A stretch of 62,193 nucleotides of DNA, the filler included, from Diploschistes diacapsis (taxonomy: Eukaryota): the NCBI GenBank assembly GCA_023645945.1. It is 20 parts of 20 records of this genome, joined end to end, with 100 filler letters (N's around TTAATTAATTAA, not from the genome) between each part and the next. Parts side by side here need not be neighbours in the genome. Positions count along the whole stretch, not along the records: positions 1 to 24,001 come from JALAIB010000250.1; 19 more parts are not named here. One strand, written 5' to 3'. This document shows, piece after piece, positions 1 through 12,419 of this stretch (positions are counted from its first letter, which is position 1; each line of letters opens with the position of its first letter). The translations under genes and the position numbers were made by a program. Under the pieces are notes generated by a model. It saw nothing but the letters and a program-made list of their open reading frames with translations. It was not told where the DNA came from and did no database searches.

Positions 1-1390
1 TCCCCCTGAAACTCCACGCAACGCCCCACCTCCGCGTGCGCTGGCCCTGCACGAACTCGCCGACCGCCCAATTCCGCACCCCCTCCCCCTTCAGCATCTC
101 CACCACGTCCCGCACGCTGGCCAGTTTGCCCAGCATCGTGCTGTACCACTGCACGCGTTTTCGCAGGGCGAGGGACTCGGCGAGGAGGCGCGACGCGAAG
201 CCGACCTCGCCGCCGGGCGAGTTGGTGGTGGTTGGGGCGTAGACCATTTCGGCGGCGCAGCCGGTGCATGCGGAGTTTGGGGGCCGCGACTTTTGGGAGG
301 CCGAGGCCAGGAGTGAGGCGGCGGAGGGGTAGAAGGGCGGGTTCGTGAGGGTGAAGTCGATGCTGGACGTGGCGGAAAGGGGTGTTGAGTAATCCGATGC
401 GGGAAAAAAAAGGGGCAGGTGGGGAGGATGAGGCAGGAGTGAAGAGCGGTGGAGGGGGTTATAGAGGAGTGAGAGAAAGAAGAGAGGGGGGGGTTGGGTG
501 GGTGAAGATGTCTTACCTGTCAATGCCGAGCTTGTCCAGGGGTATCAGAGGGCCTTCGGCCGTTGAGGGATACAGACGGATGCGGTTTTGGAGGTTGTTG
601 AGAGCGATGTTGCGCTCGGCGAACTCGAGGTTCTTCGCGTCGATGTCTGTCGCTATGAGGCGCCATCGTGGCCGCGTGGCGCAGGCGAGGAGAGGGTAGA
701 TGCAGGAGGCACCGGTGCCGCTGGAGGGGTGGAGTCAGTGTGCTTCACGAGGGGTGGGAGAATTGGGCAGGGAAATAGAGAGGAGGGGATGAAAGAAGGA
801 AGGGAGAACGAAAAGAGGGAGAAGGGCACCGTACATGTCCAAGCCGACCACGTCGCGATTGGGATCGTAGCGCTCGGTGAAAGTAGAACTCGTGCTGTCG
901 AGGAGGGACTGGAGCCAGAGAATATAGTTCAATCTGCTCGTCTTAGTCTCCAACCGTTAGAATTTGCCCTACTATGCGCTTCAATACCTGTTTGGAACCT
1001 ACGCCCGCTACAGGTCAGCACCGACGCAAACCTGCAGAGGCGTGCTGCTAGACGTACCGGCGGACACAGCCTATCGTCCGGCAGTTCGACATGGAGACCA
1101 AAATCCCGCTTTAGCAGGCTCTTCGTGAGCTGTCTGGGTAGTCGCCGTTAGCGGGCCTCGCTCGAACGTTTCTTCCGTGGTAAAGTAGAGAGTGCTGGCC
1201 AACATACTTGACGGACTGTGGATTGCTGAAATCGAGCTGGCCATTGGCCTTTAAGCTACGATAGAAGCATGTCAGTGCTTATCGGCAAGGATGGGACTGG
1301 TCGTGCTGACTGCTTCGCGAAATCGGCGTCGTGTAAAGCTAGGGCTGAGAAGTCGATCTCGTCTTCGTACGGGTTAGGGAACCTCTCCAT
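1..1390 (-). CDS. METTL16: METTL16/RlmF-family (U6 snRNA) m6A methyltransferase, multi-exon, 3' end runs off the window
   Basis: Manual splicing at GT-AG introns with CTRAC-like branch sites gives MERFPNPYEDEIDFSALAL...RDFGLHVELPDDRLCPP|VPNR|LNYILWL...GLDIGTGASCIYPLL...IDFTLTNPPFY...GGEVGF...WYSTMLGK...GQRTRRWGVAWSF. These are the LCPPVPNR, DIGTGAS, NPPF and TRRW motifs of the family. Confidence 0.93.
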
Positions 1391-1667
1391 TTCCTACAAA
1401 GCTTCATAAGACCCCGCGGTCCTGCTTCGCGCTTGTAGGATCCAGGCGTGGCAATGGCCTTGTGTGAGACCGAGACCGGGTTCAGATGACAGAAGAATGT
1501 ACATAGGAGATCACGAAATCATATATGCGGCGATGCAAATGTCAAATAACTTTCGCTGCAGTGTAGGCTGTAAAGCGCCCACCATTGCTGGGCATTAATT
1601 TATTAGCAGAGCTTGTTATAGATTTGTTCTGCAGCATGAATAGAGGCTCCATCGTTTCCAACACAAG

Positions 1668-4600
1668 TCATCCTAATTCAGAAAATATATAATCAATTAC
1701 TCTTCTCATCTCCTGCCTTCGGTTCTTATCCATAGAAATCCCATCCGGTAATCTGGTCAATTCATCCCTGCTGTACTTTACCGCATCAATAATGGCAGCA
1801 TCTCCTTTAACCTTCGCACGAGCTTCTACTAGACACCTGGCCACTCTGAGATGGCCGAATATGGCCGCGGCTTGAAAGGCGGACCCGAACCCGAACCCGG
1901 AATTGTCGTACGGATCGGCCCCAGCGAGCAGTAAGCTATTAACTACAGAGAAGTAGCCCTTGGTTGCCGCCATGTATAACGGCGTACTTCTAAAAGTCTA
2001 AACCCACAGAACCGTTATTCCTGCATGAGTGTATATAGAGCGATCTTCTTCTCGAGTCAATCGGGAAGAATTTATCGACCTCTGCGCCGTAATCTAGCAA
2101 ACAATTCACGATGGCGCAGTGGCCTGTGTGAGCAGCGATGAATAGAGCGGTTCGCCCCAAAGAATCTTGCTTAGCATCAACTTCAGCTCCTAACTTCAGC
2201 AAAACCTCCACTGTTTCTATATGACGGTTTTCAATTGCACGACAAAGGGCTGACCTTCCGTAAGGGGTTGGTGAATAAACATCAAGTTTGGCTCCAGCAG
2301 AAACCAGAAGCTTCACACTGTCGATCTGACCATGTCCCGCCGCAACCTGGAGCGCAGTGCATTTGTGGTATGAGGTAATCACCACTTCCCTGGGCATACC
2401 AGCAAACAGATAAGTTGAATATAACGCGTCAACAATGAAGTCAATCGCAGCACCTTTCGCCAGGATTTCGCGGATAATGGACAAGCTGTTTTGACTGGCC
2501 GCATACAGCAGAATCTCATGCAACAGTGTGTTGTTTTTGGCTTCATGCGTGAGTATACTCGGAACTACACTCATGGCAACGATAGCCATGTCCGCTTGAA
2601 TGAAGTTCCTCAAAGTCTTCGCATTACCACACCTTTCGGGTGTGATCAAGTATAAAGCTAGTGCGGTGTGCCTGTGTCTCAACGTCCAATCCGTAACATC
2701 ATTCAGAATTGACGGATGCGCATCATGATCCAATGTCTTATCGAGTTCTGTTCTGATCCAGGGGCGAAAGGCCAAGCTGTTTCGCCCTGCAACACATGCA
2801 TGGAACAGCCTCTTCATGGGTAATCGGGTACCAGAATCAAAGTTTACCAAATGATAGATCCAATTGTGTCGGGCGTACTCAAGGAAATAGAACTGCTCTT
2901 CTAGCGGTGGTAGGTGCTGTGGGGGTTGCAACGCGGAGAGAACCTCCCTTCCCTTGTTCAGAAGTCCTTCCCGATCTAGATTTGGGGATTGTCGATGCAG
3001 ACGTAAAACGGTCTGCGCGAGTTTTGAACCAAAATTGCGGGACTGAGCAATTGGGCTCAGGCCAAGCTGCACAGGCTGAATTTGCGGATCGACCCCTTTT
3101 TGTACTTTAACAAGCTGCCGCTCAAAGTCAGTGAAATGTAGGTATGTGAGACACAGAAAGCCGAGGTGATTGTCTGTGTCCTCTTCACGGAATATGTGTT
3201 CATCGCAATGTGAATCTGAGAAGAGGTATTTTTTAATGCTATGGTGAACGTAGTGGACAGTCTCGTATTCTTCGTCTACGAATATCAAGCCGCAGCAATC
3301 GCTAACGACGCGGCCCATATCATTTGGAACAGCTCCGGGATCGAAAGCTTTTTGTTCAATCGAAAGACTGAGCAGCTCCTTAAATTCGTCGACACGCAGC
3401 GGTCGTTTGAGTAATCCGCAATATTGAAGCATCTGAGATGCGTGGTCTGCTGTGCTCCGGGTCTTGACCCGACCGAGTTTCCTCTGGAGAAGCTCAGTCA
3501 AGCTGCGCGGTAAACGACTTAATGAAAGTAAAAGGTCGTTATCGGAGTTCTGTGCGCATAGCTCTTCGATCACAAGCCGTGTCCATAGAAACCTTATTGC
3601 CCACGATTAGTCCACCTCAAGTTCAGAAGGATTCCAAGCTTCAGCTTCGATTTTAGCCATGAGAGAAGGCGTTGCGCCTCAGACCACAAAGAACAGCTGG
3701 CCATAGGTGAACGTTATTTCAAGGGAAGTGCTTTCACTTACATTCCGTCAGAACCCTCTTCTAAAGCCTTTGCAACATTTACTATAAGACCTATATTGCT
3801 TAATATGAGTTGTTCGCTCTCAAGATATTCCTGCAGCTTGACATCGATATAATGATTCAGGTCGGAATTATTTTTCTCTCTCGTGACATGTATCTTGAAA
3901 GTAGGCCAGGCAGATCTGGGAAGAAAAGTCTCAGTATCAGGACGGCCAGAGAAGAATACCTTGAGGCGCACCGCACGTTGCAGCTGTTCTACGCTTGCAC
4001 CGACCTTTCGGACTTCGATTTCTTCGCACTCGTCATATCCATCAAGAACAACGAAGTACGCCAGGTTGGAACTAAGATGGGCGCAGATGAATTCTGTCGT
4101 GCCTTGCTCGTCAAGATCTTTGCTATTACGGTGCAATTCTTTAAGCTGACCGAGAGGTACGTTCTCGATGTACAAATCCAGTATTTGACGCGCCAGGCTT
4201 CCAAGAATGCTTCGCGCCGACAACGATTCTCTGTAGTCAGCCCGGCAAAAGTAGTATGCAACGATGTCGGATTGCTCGCGCGATTCAAAAAGACGCGCTA
4301 CAATTTGAGAAGCAAGCATCGTCTTCCCAACACCCATTGTGCCGGAGCACCATAGGGTTGCTGATTCTCTGCTCCCGCGCCACGCTAGAAAAGCTGATTC
4401 ACGCTGTATCCACTCGGCAGTTCCGGGAATTCGTTCGCGTTGCGCCTGCTTCCAAGGTTTGACGTGGTTGATGGAGGATAGATTTTCCTTGATTGACAAG
4501 CGTAGCCTTCTTACTTCTTTTTCCGCCTGCTCGTTTCGCCATTGGTCAGACCTAGTAAACTCTTTCCGTGCGGCTTTACGGAACGCTGTGGCCCAGTTAT

Positions 4601-5321
4601 GATGCAGTCTTTGTTCTCTGACTGACTCTTGCGCAGAGAGCTGAGAAGCTAGTGTAATTGATAATTGCACGCCCTTCGCTGCCTGCTCTATTTTTTCTAG
4701 AAAAGGTTTGAATTCAAGCTCAAATGGCCTCAACACCGAAGACAGAACTTGGACCACTGAGGATTTCTGCATCACCTCAATGATCTTGGTGGATAGGCGA
4801 ATGACAACCCCATAGTATTCACAAAGTGCGCTCTGAAGTTCCATACAGTCCGGGAAGAGGTAACCAAACTTCTGGTACGCTGGACAAAATTTCCCTATAT
4901 TCATGATGAAACTTGTGACCTTATCGAAATAAGAGAATATGTTGCTTGCTGCAAGTATGGCCAGTTTAACAGAGCCCCAGATTAAGGCCGCAAGAGCAGG
5001 GTTAGAGTCGACGAATGTGCCGACGACGCTAGCAAACTGCTGTGTCGAGTCCAGGAAGCTGCACAACCTTGGAGCTACACAGCGCCTTCCCCTGCTCTTA
5101 TTTCCAGCATCAATTCGGGTAATGAATTGAATGACGCTACCAGCATCAGGTGCCGGTGATACAGCATGTAATTGTTGCTTCTGCTCGGTTGAGAGTACAT
5201 TTTCGAAGCTCACCAAGGCATCGCGAAGCACAGCAGTAGGATCTGATCCGAGATATTGAGGAGAACCTGGCACAATGCTTTTCGGTGCAAGGTCCATGAT
5301 CATAAAGGCGTCATGCTCCAA
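1668..5321 (-). CDS. Fungal NLR-like STAND protein: helical N-terminal domain, NACHT NTPase, ankyrin repeats; apparent frameshift near the 3' end
   Basis: ORF 3738-5321 has a Walker A (GTMGVGKT) and Walker B (VVLDGYDE). Intron 3593-3741 (GTAAGT...CTAAT...AAG) joins it to ORF 1990-3573 via GM|FLWTRLVIEEL. Ankyrin repeats follow (TALQVAAGHGQ, SALCRAIENRH, TALFIAAHTGH). The last ankyrins (STPLYMAATKGY, 1668-1990) are in a shifted frame. Confidence 0.85.
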
Positions 5322-6538
5322 CTGACGCTTCTGTTATCAGCGTTTCGATGTTGGCGAGAGGCAGATAACAGCGCTTGGTTCTGCAGTAAAGCGGCAGTAC
5401 GGAGTGCAACGCATTCGTATTTTGCTTCAGAAACCTTTCTAAATGATATTCGTTCCTTGTTGTGGAAGAAGTGCTCATACAAAACAGAAACCCAATGGCT
5501 GGACGAAATGTGTTTGCTGCGGTGACTCAGTCAACAATCGCATTCCAAGTCTCGATGCAGTTGCATAATAAAAGCCTCGTGACAAGGCTGTGAAGTAAGG
5601 CTCTCTTGCTCGTCCCCAATCTGCCTCATCCAACCCCACTGCTGGGCAGGCATTGTGACCGAAAGACAATATACATCATCCCGTCGCGGATTGAGCATCT
5701 TCAAAGCTTCATTGCCTACACTGATTAAATTGTATATGTTGTGCTTTCCATAGAAAGTCTTCTAGGAGAGATCTACGTATGCGGATTATGTGTCACGTGA
5801 CTCCGCGTTTGGCGCTGTCTAAATGCTACGTTCCCAACGCGCTCATGGACACGACCTCCTGTACTATGTTTACATTCCGAGGACCAAGCAGCTTTACCAT
5901 TCACGTTGAACGGCAGACCAATTTGAACCATTTGGTAATATGTGGTATGTCTCCATTATACATGCTAATCCGAGATTTACGGTACGTCGTCAAGGCTTCA
6001 CCGTCCGATGCGACTACCAGACCCGGAACAAGGAAGATTTCTCATGCTTTCAAGGACATCAGGGCCTGCTCCGATCATCTCGCCGGTTCCTGGCCAAGAT
6101 AGTAAAACCAAGTAGTGGCTGTTGCGATCCCGGCTCTGGGTTGCACGAATTGTTCTATGGTCCATAGAGGTGCAAATACAGTGGGTGAAAGGTAAGTTCG
6201 ATGAGAAACCCGAGAGCATCACGATACCTTGGATGCGGATCAAAGTCCGTGAACAAGTACTCCTACAAATAGATGATCAGACGGAACGGCTTTCATGATA
6301 GTTTTCGAAGACAGCGTCAGGGTGTAACCCCAGGAGAAACCCTAAGATCGCCTTGTGGAAGAGCTCAACCGGCGGGATTCCCAGTCGATAACATGAGTCC
6401 AGAAGTACCACGCGAGGCAGATGCAACGATCGATCGTGGAAGGAGCCTAGGCCATACTGGCACTCTGAGATCAGAAAATGAAAAATTGAATGAGACGAAT
6501 GCATCCCTAGAAGGCCACTCGATTGCACACATCCAGAC

Positions 6539-7473
6539 CTAGCGCCTATTGCTGGGTGGATTTCTTGGCTCCTTATTTGGACGCTGCTGTGGCCCAGCTT
6601 TGCCACCATTGGGGTCATATTGATACTTGGATGTATCGTTTGGATCTTGGAAATTCTGGTACCCGGGCTGACTTGGTGCAGACGGGGCAACTGTGTGACT
6701 CCCTGGACCTGGCATATATCTAGCCTGGCCACTGGAAGCTGTCACGGGCGCTAAAAAAGGGGTGTTCAAACTGTTATACCCCGGTACGCCCTGATTGGTA
6801 CTGTATGGTAATTGCATTCCTCCTGTTGCAGACGGACCGTAGGAAGTAGGAGCACCGTGCTGGGAAGAAGAGGATTCAGCTTCGTATCCTCGTACATAGG
6901 AACCAGAGGGCCGGTCCGAACGCTGGCGGTTCCATTCATTAATGTCATAACCGGGATGGCTGTTTCGCATAGTGTCGGAGTCCACGTAAGAAGGCGCTTA
7001 TGTCTTTCTCAATCCTGTGTTGTTTCTTGAGAGGTACAAAAACATACCTTGTCTGCCTTCTCTTTGTCTCGCTCGCATTTCATTCCAGTATCGTTGCGAC
7101 TCGAATTTCAGGGTGTCTACCATATGCTATAACAATTCCAGCTGACCATAAGCTAAATGATAATCTAGAGACTCACAGGGGTGAACTGGCCTATTGCTGT
7201 GACTTCGAAACCCTGTTTGCCCTGGAATGAGTTAGCAGCACCGATCCCAGCAGTGAGAGCTTTGCCCACTTTGAACACCATTGGGCGACACCTAGCTTCT
7301 GGTCCAAGAAACCGTTGAACTTTCGCCTGGAGGACCTGGCGCTCTATGCCATCCCCCGCCAACCAGAAGCTGTCCAACAGCGGATTGTCTCTCGGAGAAG
7401 GCGTGACATATGCAGAGCCTGCATGAGGGTCTCGGTTCGCTTGCGGCCCGTCGCGGCGGCGGCGATCAGTCAT
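6539..7473 (-). CDS. RfeG-like putative transcriptional regulator (4 exons, low-complexity P/Q/G/S/Y tail)
   Basis: Spliced product: ...DSFWLAGDGIERQVLQAKVQRFLGPEARCRPMVFK|GKQGFEVTAIGQFTP|HMVDTLKFESQRYW... This resembles the conserved RfeG block (DGIDREVI..DI.RYLG.DA.VRP...GY.ITAY..LT..MI.DLK.DS.RW, recalled from memory). Donors are GTGGGC, GTGAGT and GTATGT; the last exon is ORF 6539-6985. Confidence 0.6.
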
Positions 7474-8221
7474 GGTTGATTATAGAGGCCACGAAGTTCC
7501 AATACAATCCATTCAGTGTGAACAATAGATAGTTGAAAGATAACATGCGGATGAGTCACTTATAAAGTCTCCAAGAAGCGAACTAGCCATATAGCGTCCA
7601 AGCCTGACTCCGGAGCGTGTACCCAGGCAAGACAAGGCAACGAGGGGAAGGGCCAGCAGGAGTCCTAGTCGAATAGCGGCAGCTCTTTTAGGGTGACAGC
7701 TGAAAACGACTTGGGCAGTACTGCATACCGATTTTTGGGGACGTAGCCTTGTCGTGTCGTTTAGCCTTACGGGTATGATAAGACGCTTGCCTACTTAGGA
7801 TACCGCGGGATATCAGAGGATCGGACGATACCGCCATCTTTGATGGATTCTGAAAAAGGCAATTCAAGCCGAAGTTATGGAAGTCGTTTATTGAGCCTCT
7901 AATTGAAAGGAGCCAGTAGGCTACTATACCTACGAGGACGTTGGGCCCTTAGATAACGGAACAGCAACAGGGCCGTTCATTGGAGCAGTATAAGCATATG
8001 TTCGTGTGTTGTTGTGACGCGGTCAAATCTCTCAACCAACAATCTGGAACAACCGAGCCAAAGATGGAGTATAGGTAGAATTGAAACGTTGTTCTTGAAC
8101 ATGTCAAAACTCAAAACCCAACACTCGCAAGAGCAAAAAAATTTATTCTGATAGGTCACATGTGAAAACCACATACACTGTCTGCTGTGGTGATCGGGCC
8201 AGGTTTCCTCATTCCAAGCAT

Positions 8222-9901
8222 CTATACCTTCTCCCCAAAACCACCGTGAGCCTTTTCGTCTCCATCACTGCCACTATTCCCCATATGAGAATGATGGAGT
8301 ACGTCCATGGCATCATTGGTCGCGGCAGCCCTCATGTCGTCGTCGTTCTCAACATGGAAATCACGCCCAAGGTACTCGGGCCCGAGGAAGGTAAGCAAAA
8401 TGACATAGGCGTAGACGCAGGCCATGAACTGTCACCCCGTTAGTTCTGGGGCTCGAATTCATATCCAAGCGTAGACTTACAATGCAAATTACGATACCGT
8501 AATTGTAACGTGACTCGTCCTTCAGGGGCGGTAGCGGAAATCTCTCGCCTATGGTAGCTTCAATGGTGGACGAGGCCGAGCTGACGAGGTTCCCGAGCTG
8601 ATAGGAAGACCCGACAACGAAAGTTCGAAACGACCCTGGGGATAGTTCCATCAAGTGAATGGGTATAACACCCCAAGCACCTTGAACGCAGGCCTGTTCA
8701 AAGAAAGCACTAGCAATAACGCCATTATTGGAAACAAACGTATACGGATACAACAGCGCTCCACCAACAATGCTGATAGCAATGATGGAAAAGCGACGGC
8801 CGAGCGACTGGCTGAGAAATCCAATTATCGTTCCTCCGAACATGGCTCCAAGATTGGCTACCACTTGAGTTATAGTAACCTGGTTGGCGTTAAACGAATA
8901 CTGATTCTGCAGCATGGTCGGATATAGATCCTGGCTGCCGTGGGACATGAAGTTGAATCCAGTCATCAGCAATATCATGTAGGTTAAGAGCTTCCAATGC
9001 CTTCGCAAAGCCACCTTGCCCTCTGCAAGAAACGTGCCCGTGAGATTACCGGTCGCATTACGAACAAGCTGGCGCTCTCTGTAGGCCTGAGTCTCGGGCA
9101 GACAGAGACGGAAGAGGATCAAGAAGATTGGCGGACAGGCTCCAAACCAATACAGCGGCCTCCATTGGTAGGGCGTGGTGTTAACCAAGGCTCGAGCAAA
9201 TACGGTGGCCAGAAGATATCCAAAAGCATATCCCTGCTGAAGCATGCCTGATACTATACCCCTAGCTTCAGAAGGGCAGTCTTCAAGAGCAGTAGCCGCA
9301 GCGTTGCCGTACAGCCCACCCATGGCGATACCATACACTGCACGCACACCAAGGAACTGTTGGTATGTGTTGCAGAATCCGGTCGCAAGCTCCAATACGA
9401 TAAACAGAACCATATTCACAACGTAGGGCCACTTTCGCCCATACCTATCTGCGGCGATACCAAATGTGATACTCCCAATGGAGCGCATCATGAGCACGAG
9501 CGTGATGCCCCATGTGATGTCGGCATTGGAACGATGGAATGCCGTAGCCAGGTTCGTCAAAGTTAGGGAAACAGTGAAGTAGTCAAAAGCGTCCCACGTC
9601 CCTATTACGATACCTTAGTTTTCGCTCAATAATACATCTCGTATGGACCACTCACATCCTAACCAACCAACAAAGAAGAAAAGCCATTGCTGGCCATTCA
9701 GCAGCCGAAGCAGTCGGATGGGATTAGGCAGCTGTCAAAACTGTTAGCAGTTCCAAGGTAATGAAGGGCTCCTCAACAGCGCACCTTGTGCAAAGGCGGC
9801 CTGAGGGTGCTGAAGCGGGTGGTGAAATATTGTCCAGTGCTCATATGCTTCGGCTGCGCAGCCGGAGCGTAGTTGAGCTCCGGCTTAGTTCCTTGCTCCA
9901 T
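8222..9901 (-). CDS. JEN1: JEN1-type carboxylate/H+ symporter (MFS, SHS family), 4 exons, intact
   Basis: Splicing gives MEQGTK...TRFSTLRPPLHK|LPNPIRLL...GW|TWDAFDYF...ADRYGRKWP...GMLQQGY...NFMSHGSQDLYPT (the Jen1 signature NXXSHXSQDXXXT)...YQLGNLVSS. The last intron joins ORF 8361-9560 to ORF 8222-8425. Confidence 0.93.
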
Positions 9902-10337
9902 TTTTCGGGCCAACACACATGCGCCAGGCAGGAACAACTAATAATCAAGGGGAGCAAAAGCAGGATCAAAAGTGCCAGGAGAGCTTCATTCTTGCAGCGG
10001 AAAGTAAGCAAATTCTTAGGAGGGTGATGACCACGGCGGGGAACGGCTCATCGGCCTTTCCTCCTCGGGATGATTAATAAGCCGGTTGGAAGAGCCGTAG
10101 CTTCCGCGTCACGTGGATAGAGCATTTGCTCGATGCGGAGAAAACGAACGAAGTATACATGTTCATTCAGTTAGACCATCATGAATTAGAGCGATAAATG
10201 CCCGCTTGGTACATGAGTGATTGGCACGTATCTTATGAAGACGCTGGTGAACCTCTTAGGGAACAATTCACTACTGATCCAAAGTCAGAACTAATTTCAA
10301 TGAACCAAATCAGGAGCACATCGACCGATTTGGGAGG

Positions 10338-11484
10338 CTATTGATAGGGCCTCTCGATGGCTCCGTGTGCTCCCATCATGAGGATGTCCATCTTAAAGCT
10401 TCGAGCGGGAGCTTTGAGATTGGTAAGTGTGATATCGTCAACCAAAATCAGCACATCTTCCGTCATCGCGTCCCTCAGATGGCCAAGTATCTGAGGGGCT
10501 TTCTCATCCGAGTAGTTGTGCATGATATTACGCATGTAATAATATTTCGCGCCTAGAGTCACTTGGTTGCTAAACTTTATGCACAGGGGAGAAGGACGGC
10601 ACCTTTCACCGGGTTGAGGGTAAAGAAGTCATGTTCTATCGTCTCGATGCCTTCTAGCGAGCCAGCATGTGGAAGCACGGTCTTCAACAGGCCCTCAAGA
10701 ATCACGCGACCAGGGAGGGTTAGATACTTTTCCTTGAACTCTTTACACTGTGGACCAGTACCACCGCCAACGTCGACGAAGAGTGCCCGCTGCGGATCGA
10801 CGCCGCTTGCTCTTCTTGTAGAGGATACATGCTGAGCCAGGTTGACGCCCCCATCCGCCGAGTTGGACAGTATTGAAACCATATCCTTCGTCCACATGGG
10901 TTGGCCTTTATATGCTCATAAGAGGCAAGCTCGGTATGATGACCGAGCTACAGAGGGCAATGCTTTGGATCGGTGATGTCATCGTACCCATTCTCCTTGA
11001 GGAACCCGGGGATGGCAAGGACCAGAGGAGCATCAACATCTATCCTTGGCACCCTCTTAGTCGCTTACTAGAACGAACGGCAGGAAACTTACGAAAACAT
11101 GGCCATTGCTTTGCCGAGAGGTGTTGTCAAGTGTTCAGTGATGTGGTTCCCTTCGTAAGTGTCTTCAGCAATCTCTTTGATCATGCTCAGCGCTACAAGA
11201 CAGCGCAAAAGTCTTCCGAGCAGTACTGGAGTTGCACTGGTTTTCTCTGCCAACTCTGATGTCGTGCTTGGTCCTTTCTTCTCCAAGATGTGATCAAAGA
11301 GTTTAAGGTCGACGGCTGTCTTGGCCATGGCCAATTCCATGAAGACGGCTTCGAGCCTGCCATATGTGTCCTCTGGTGCCTCTAGCGAGAGAGTCAGATT
11401 CCTAATGGAATCAATAATGGTCCTTTGTGCTTTCTCATCTGCCCCTTGGACCAAAGCTCGAACTAGGGAAAATATGTTGTCCAT
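10338..11484 (-). pseudogene. Secondary-metabolism O-methyltransferase (Methyltransf_2 type) pseudogene
   Basis: Winged-helix N-terminus (ELAEKTSATPVLLGRLLRCL), FVDVGGGTG, HDFFTLNPVK|GAKYYYMRNIMHNYSDE motifs. In-frame TAG at 10948-10950 (HCPL*LGHHT), a frame break near 10900, and a truncated C-terminus (ERPYQ*). Confidence 0.8.
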
Positions 11485-12419
11485 TTTTGGAGTCGGTTTG
11501 GGCAGGAAAGAGGATGGACTAGAAGTGATTATCTTATCAGATTTGGAAGCTATCTTATTAAATGAAGACTTGTGGTTGAAACCTCTACGGCGCTTCTTCA
11601 TGCTTTATAAATGATTCTGCCTCATGTCCAACACAGACCATCGCATCCTATCAGATCGAATTGCAGTAGCCTGAAGACCCACTACCTGCCAATGTCGACT
11701 CATTCTGGATTTTAAATGATACAAGGTTTCATAGACTGCAGGAAAGAAAGCCTAATTGCTCCCGAGCATATGCTAGGACCGCATACTCTTCCATGCTGAA
11801 ACTTCCAGGCTCCTTGCCTAATCCGGCAATTTCTGTGAAAGGCGGGGAGCTAGGCTGTTGGATGGCAGAGAGAGAATGGACGAGCTTAGCAGTGTCGTGT
11901 GCTGGATCAGGTACAGCCACTTTAGAGACCCACTCCTGCAACATGGCTTCATTGTGGAGCCCTCTCCTACTCGCTTTGACGCTCAAGATTGCGCTTCGCC
12001 TTAGCTGGCCTAAGCGCCAACCGACTCTTGGACGGGGGCTTTGTCTTTAGATGCAACTAGTAGCACACAGTTTCCTAAGATACGTCCATGGAGATCCTAC
12101 GCAAGCTCTCCACCGCTATTTGGAACAGACCCCCCAGAACCCTCATGTTATTCTGCAACCTATTGTCAATAATTCTACAGCCACCGGACTTCCTTATGCG
12201 GATTGAAGTACCGCCGGACGTCCGAAGCTCTCTTGTGCACGGACCATCTCCACTCGTACTTTGTTGACGAGATACCACGGTCAGGCTCAACTTCATCGCC
12301 TTCCTTGACAACATGTATCGTTAAAGGTGCACCATTCGTATACTTGTAACTCTTACGCGACTTGCTTATCGCCTGCACTATGCTCTCGTCATGTCCACTC
12401 TTCCATGTTTACGTATATC

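Noticed and set aside
36..1151. Plus-strand ORFs 36-242, 382-699 and 588-1151
   Set aside because: Antisense shadows of the spliced METTL16 gene and its purine-rich introns.
6043..6542. Possible gene remnant (MLSRTSGPAP...*WLLRSRLW..., GTAAGT donor at 6192) and ORF 6273-6542
   Set aside because: No recognisable motif and an in-frame stop; cannot be told from chance.
11729..12378. Minus-strand ORFs 11729-11986 and 12175-12378, divergent from the kinase gene
   Set aside because: Protein-like composition, but I could not build a convincing spliced model or recognise a family.
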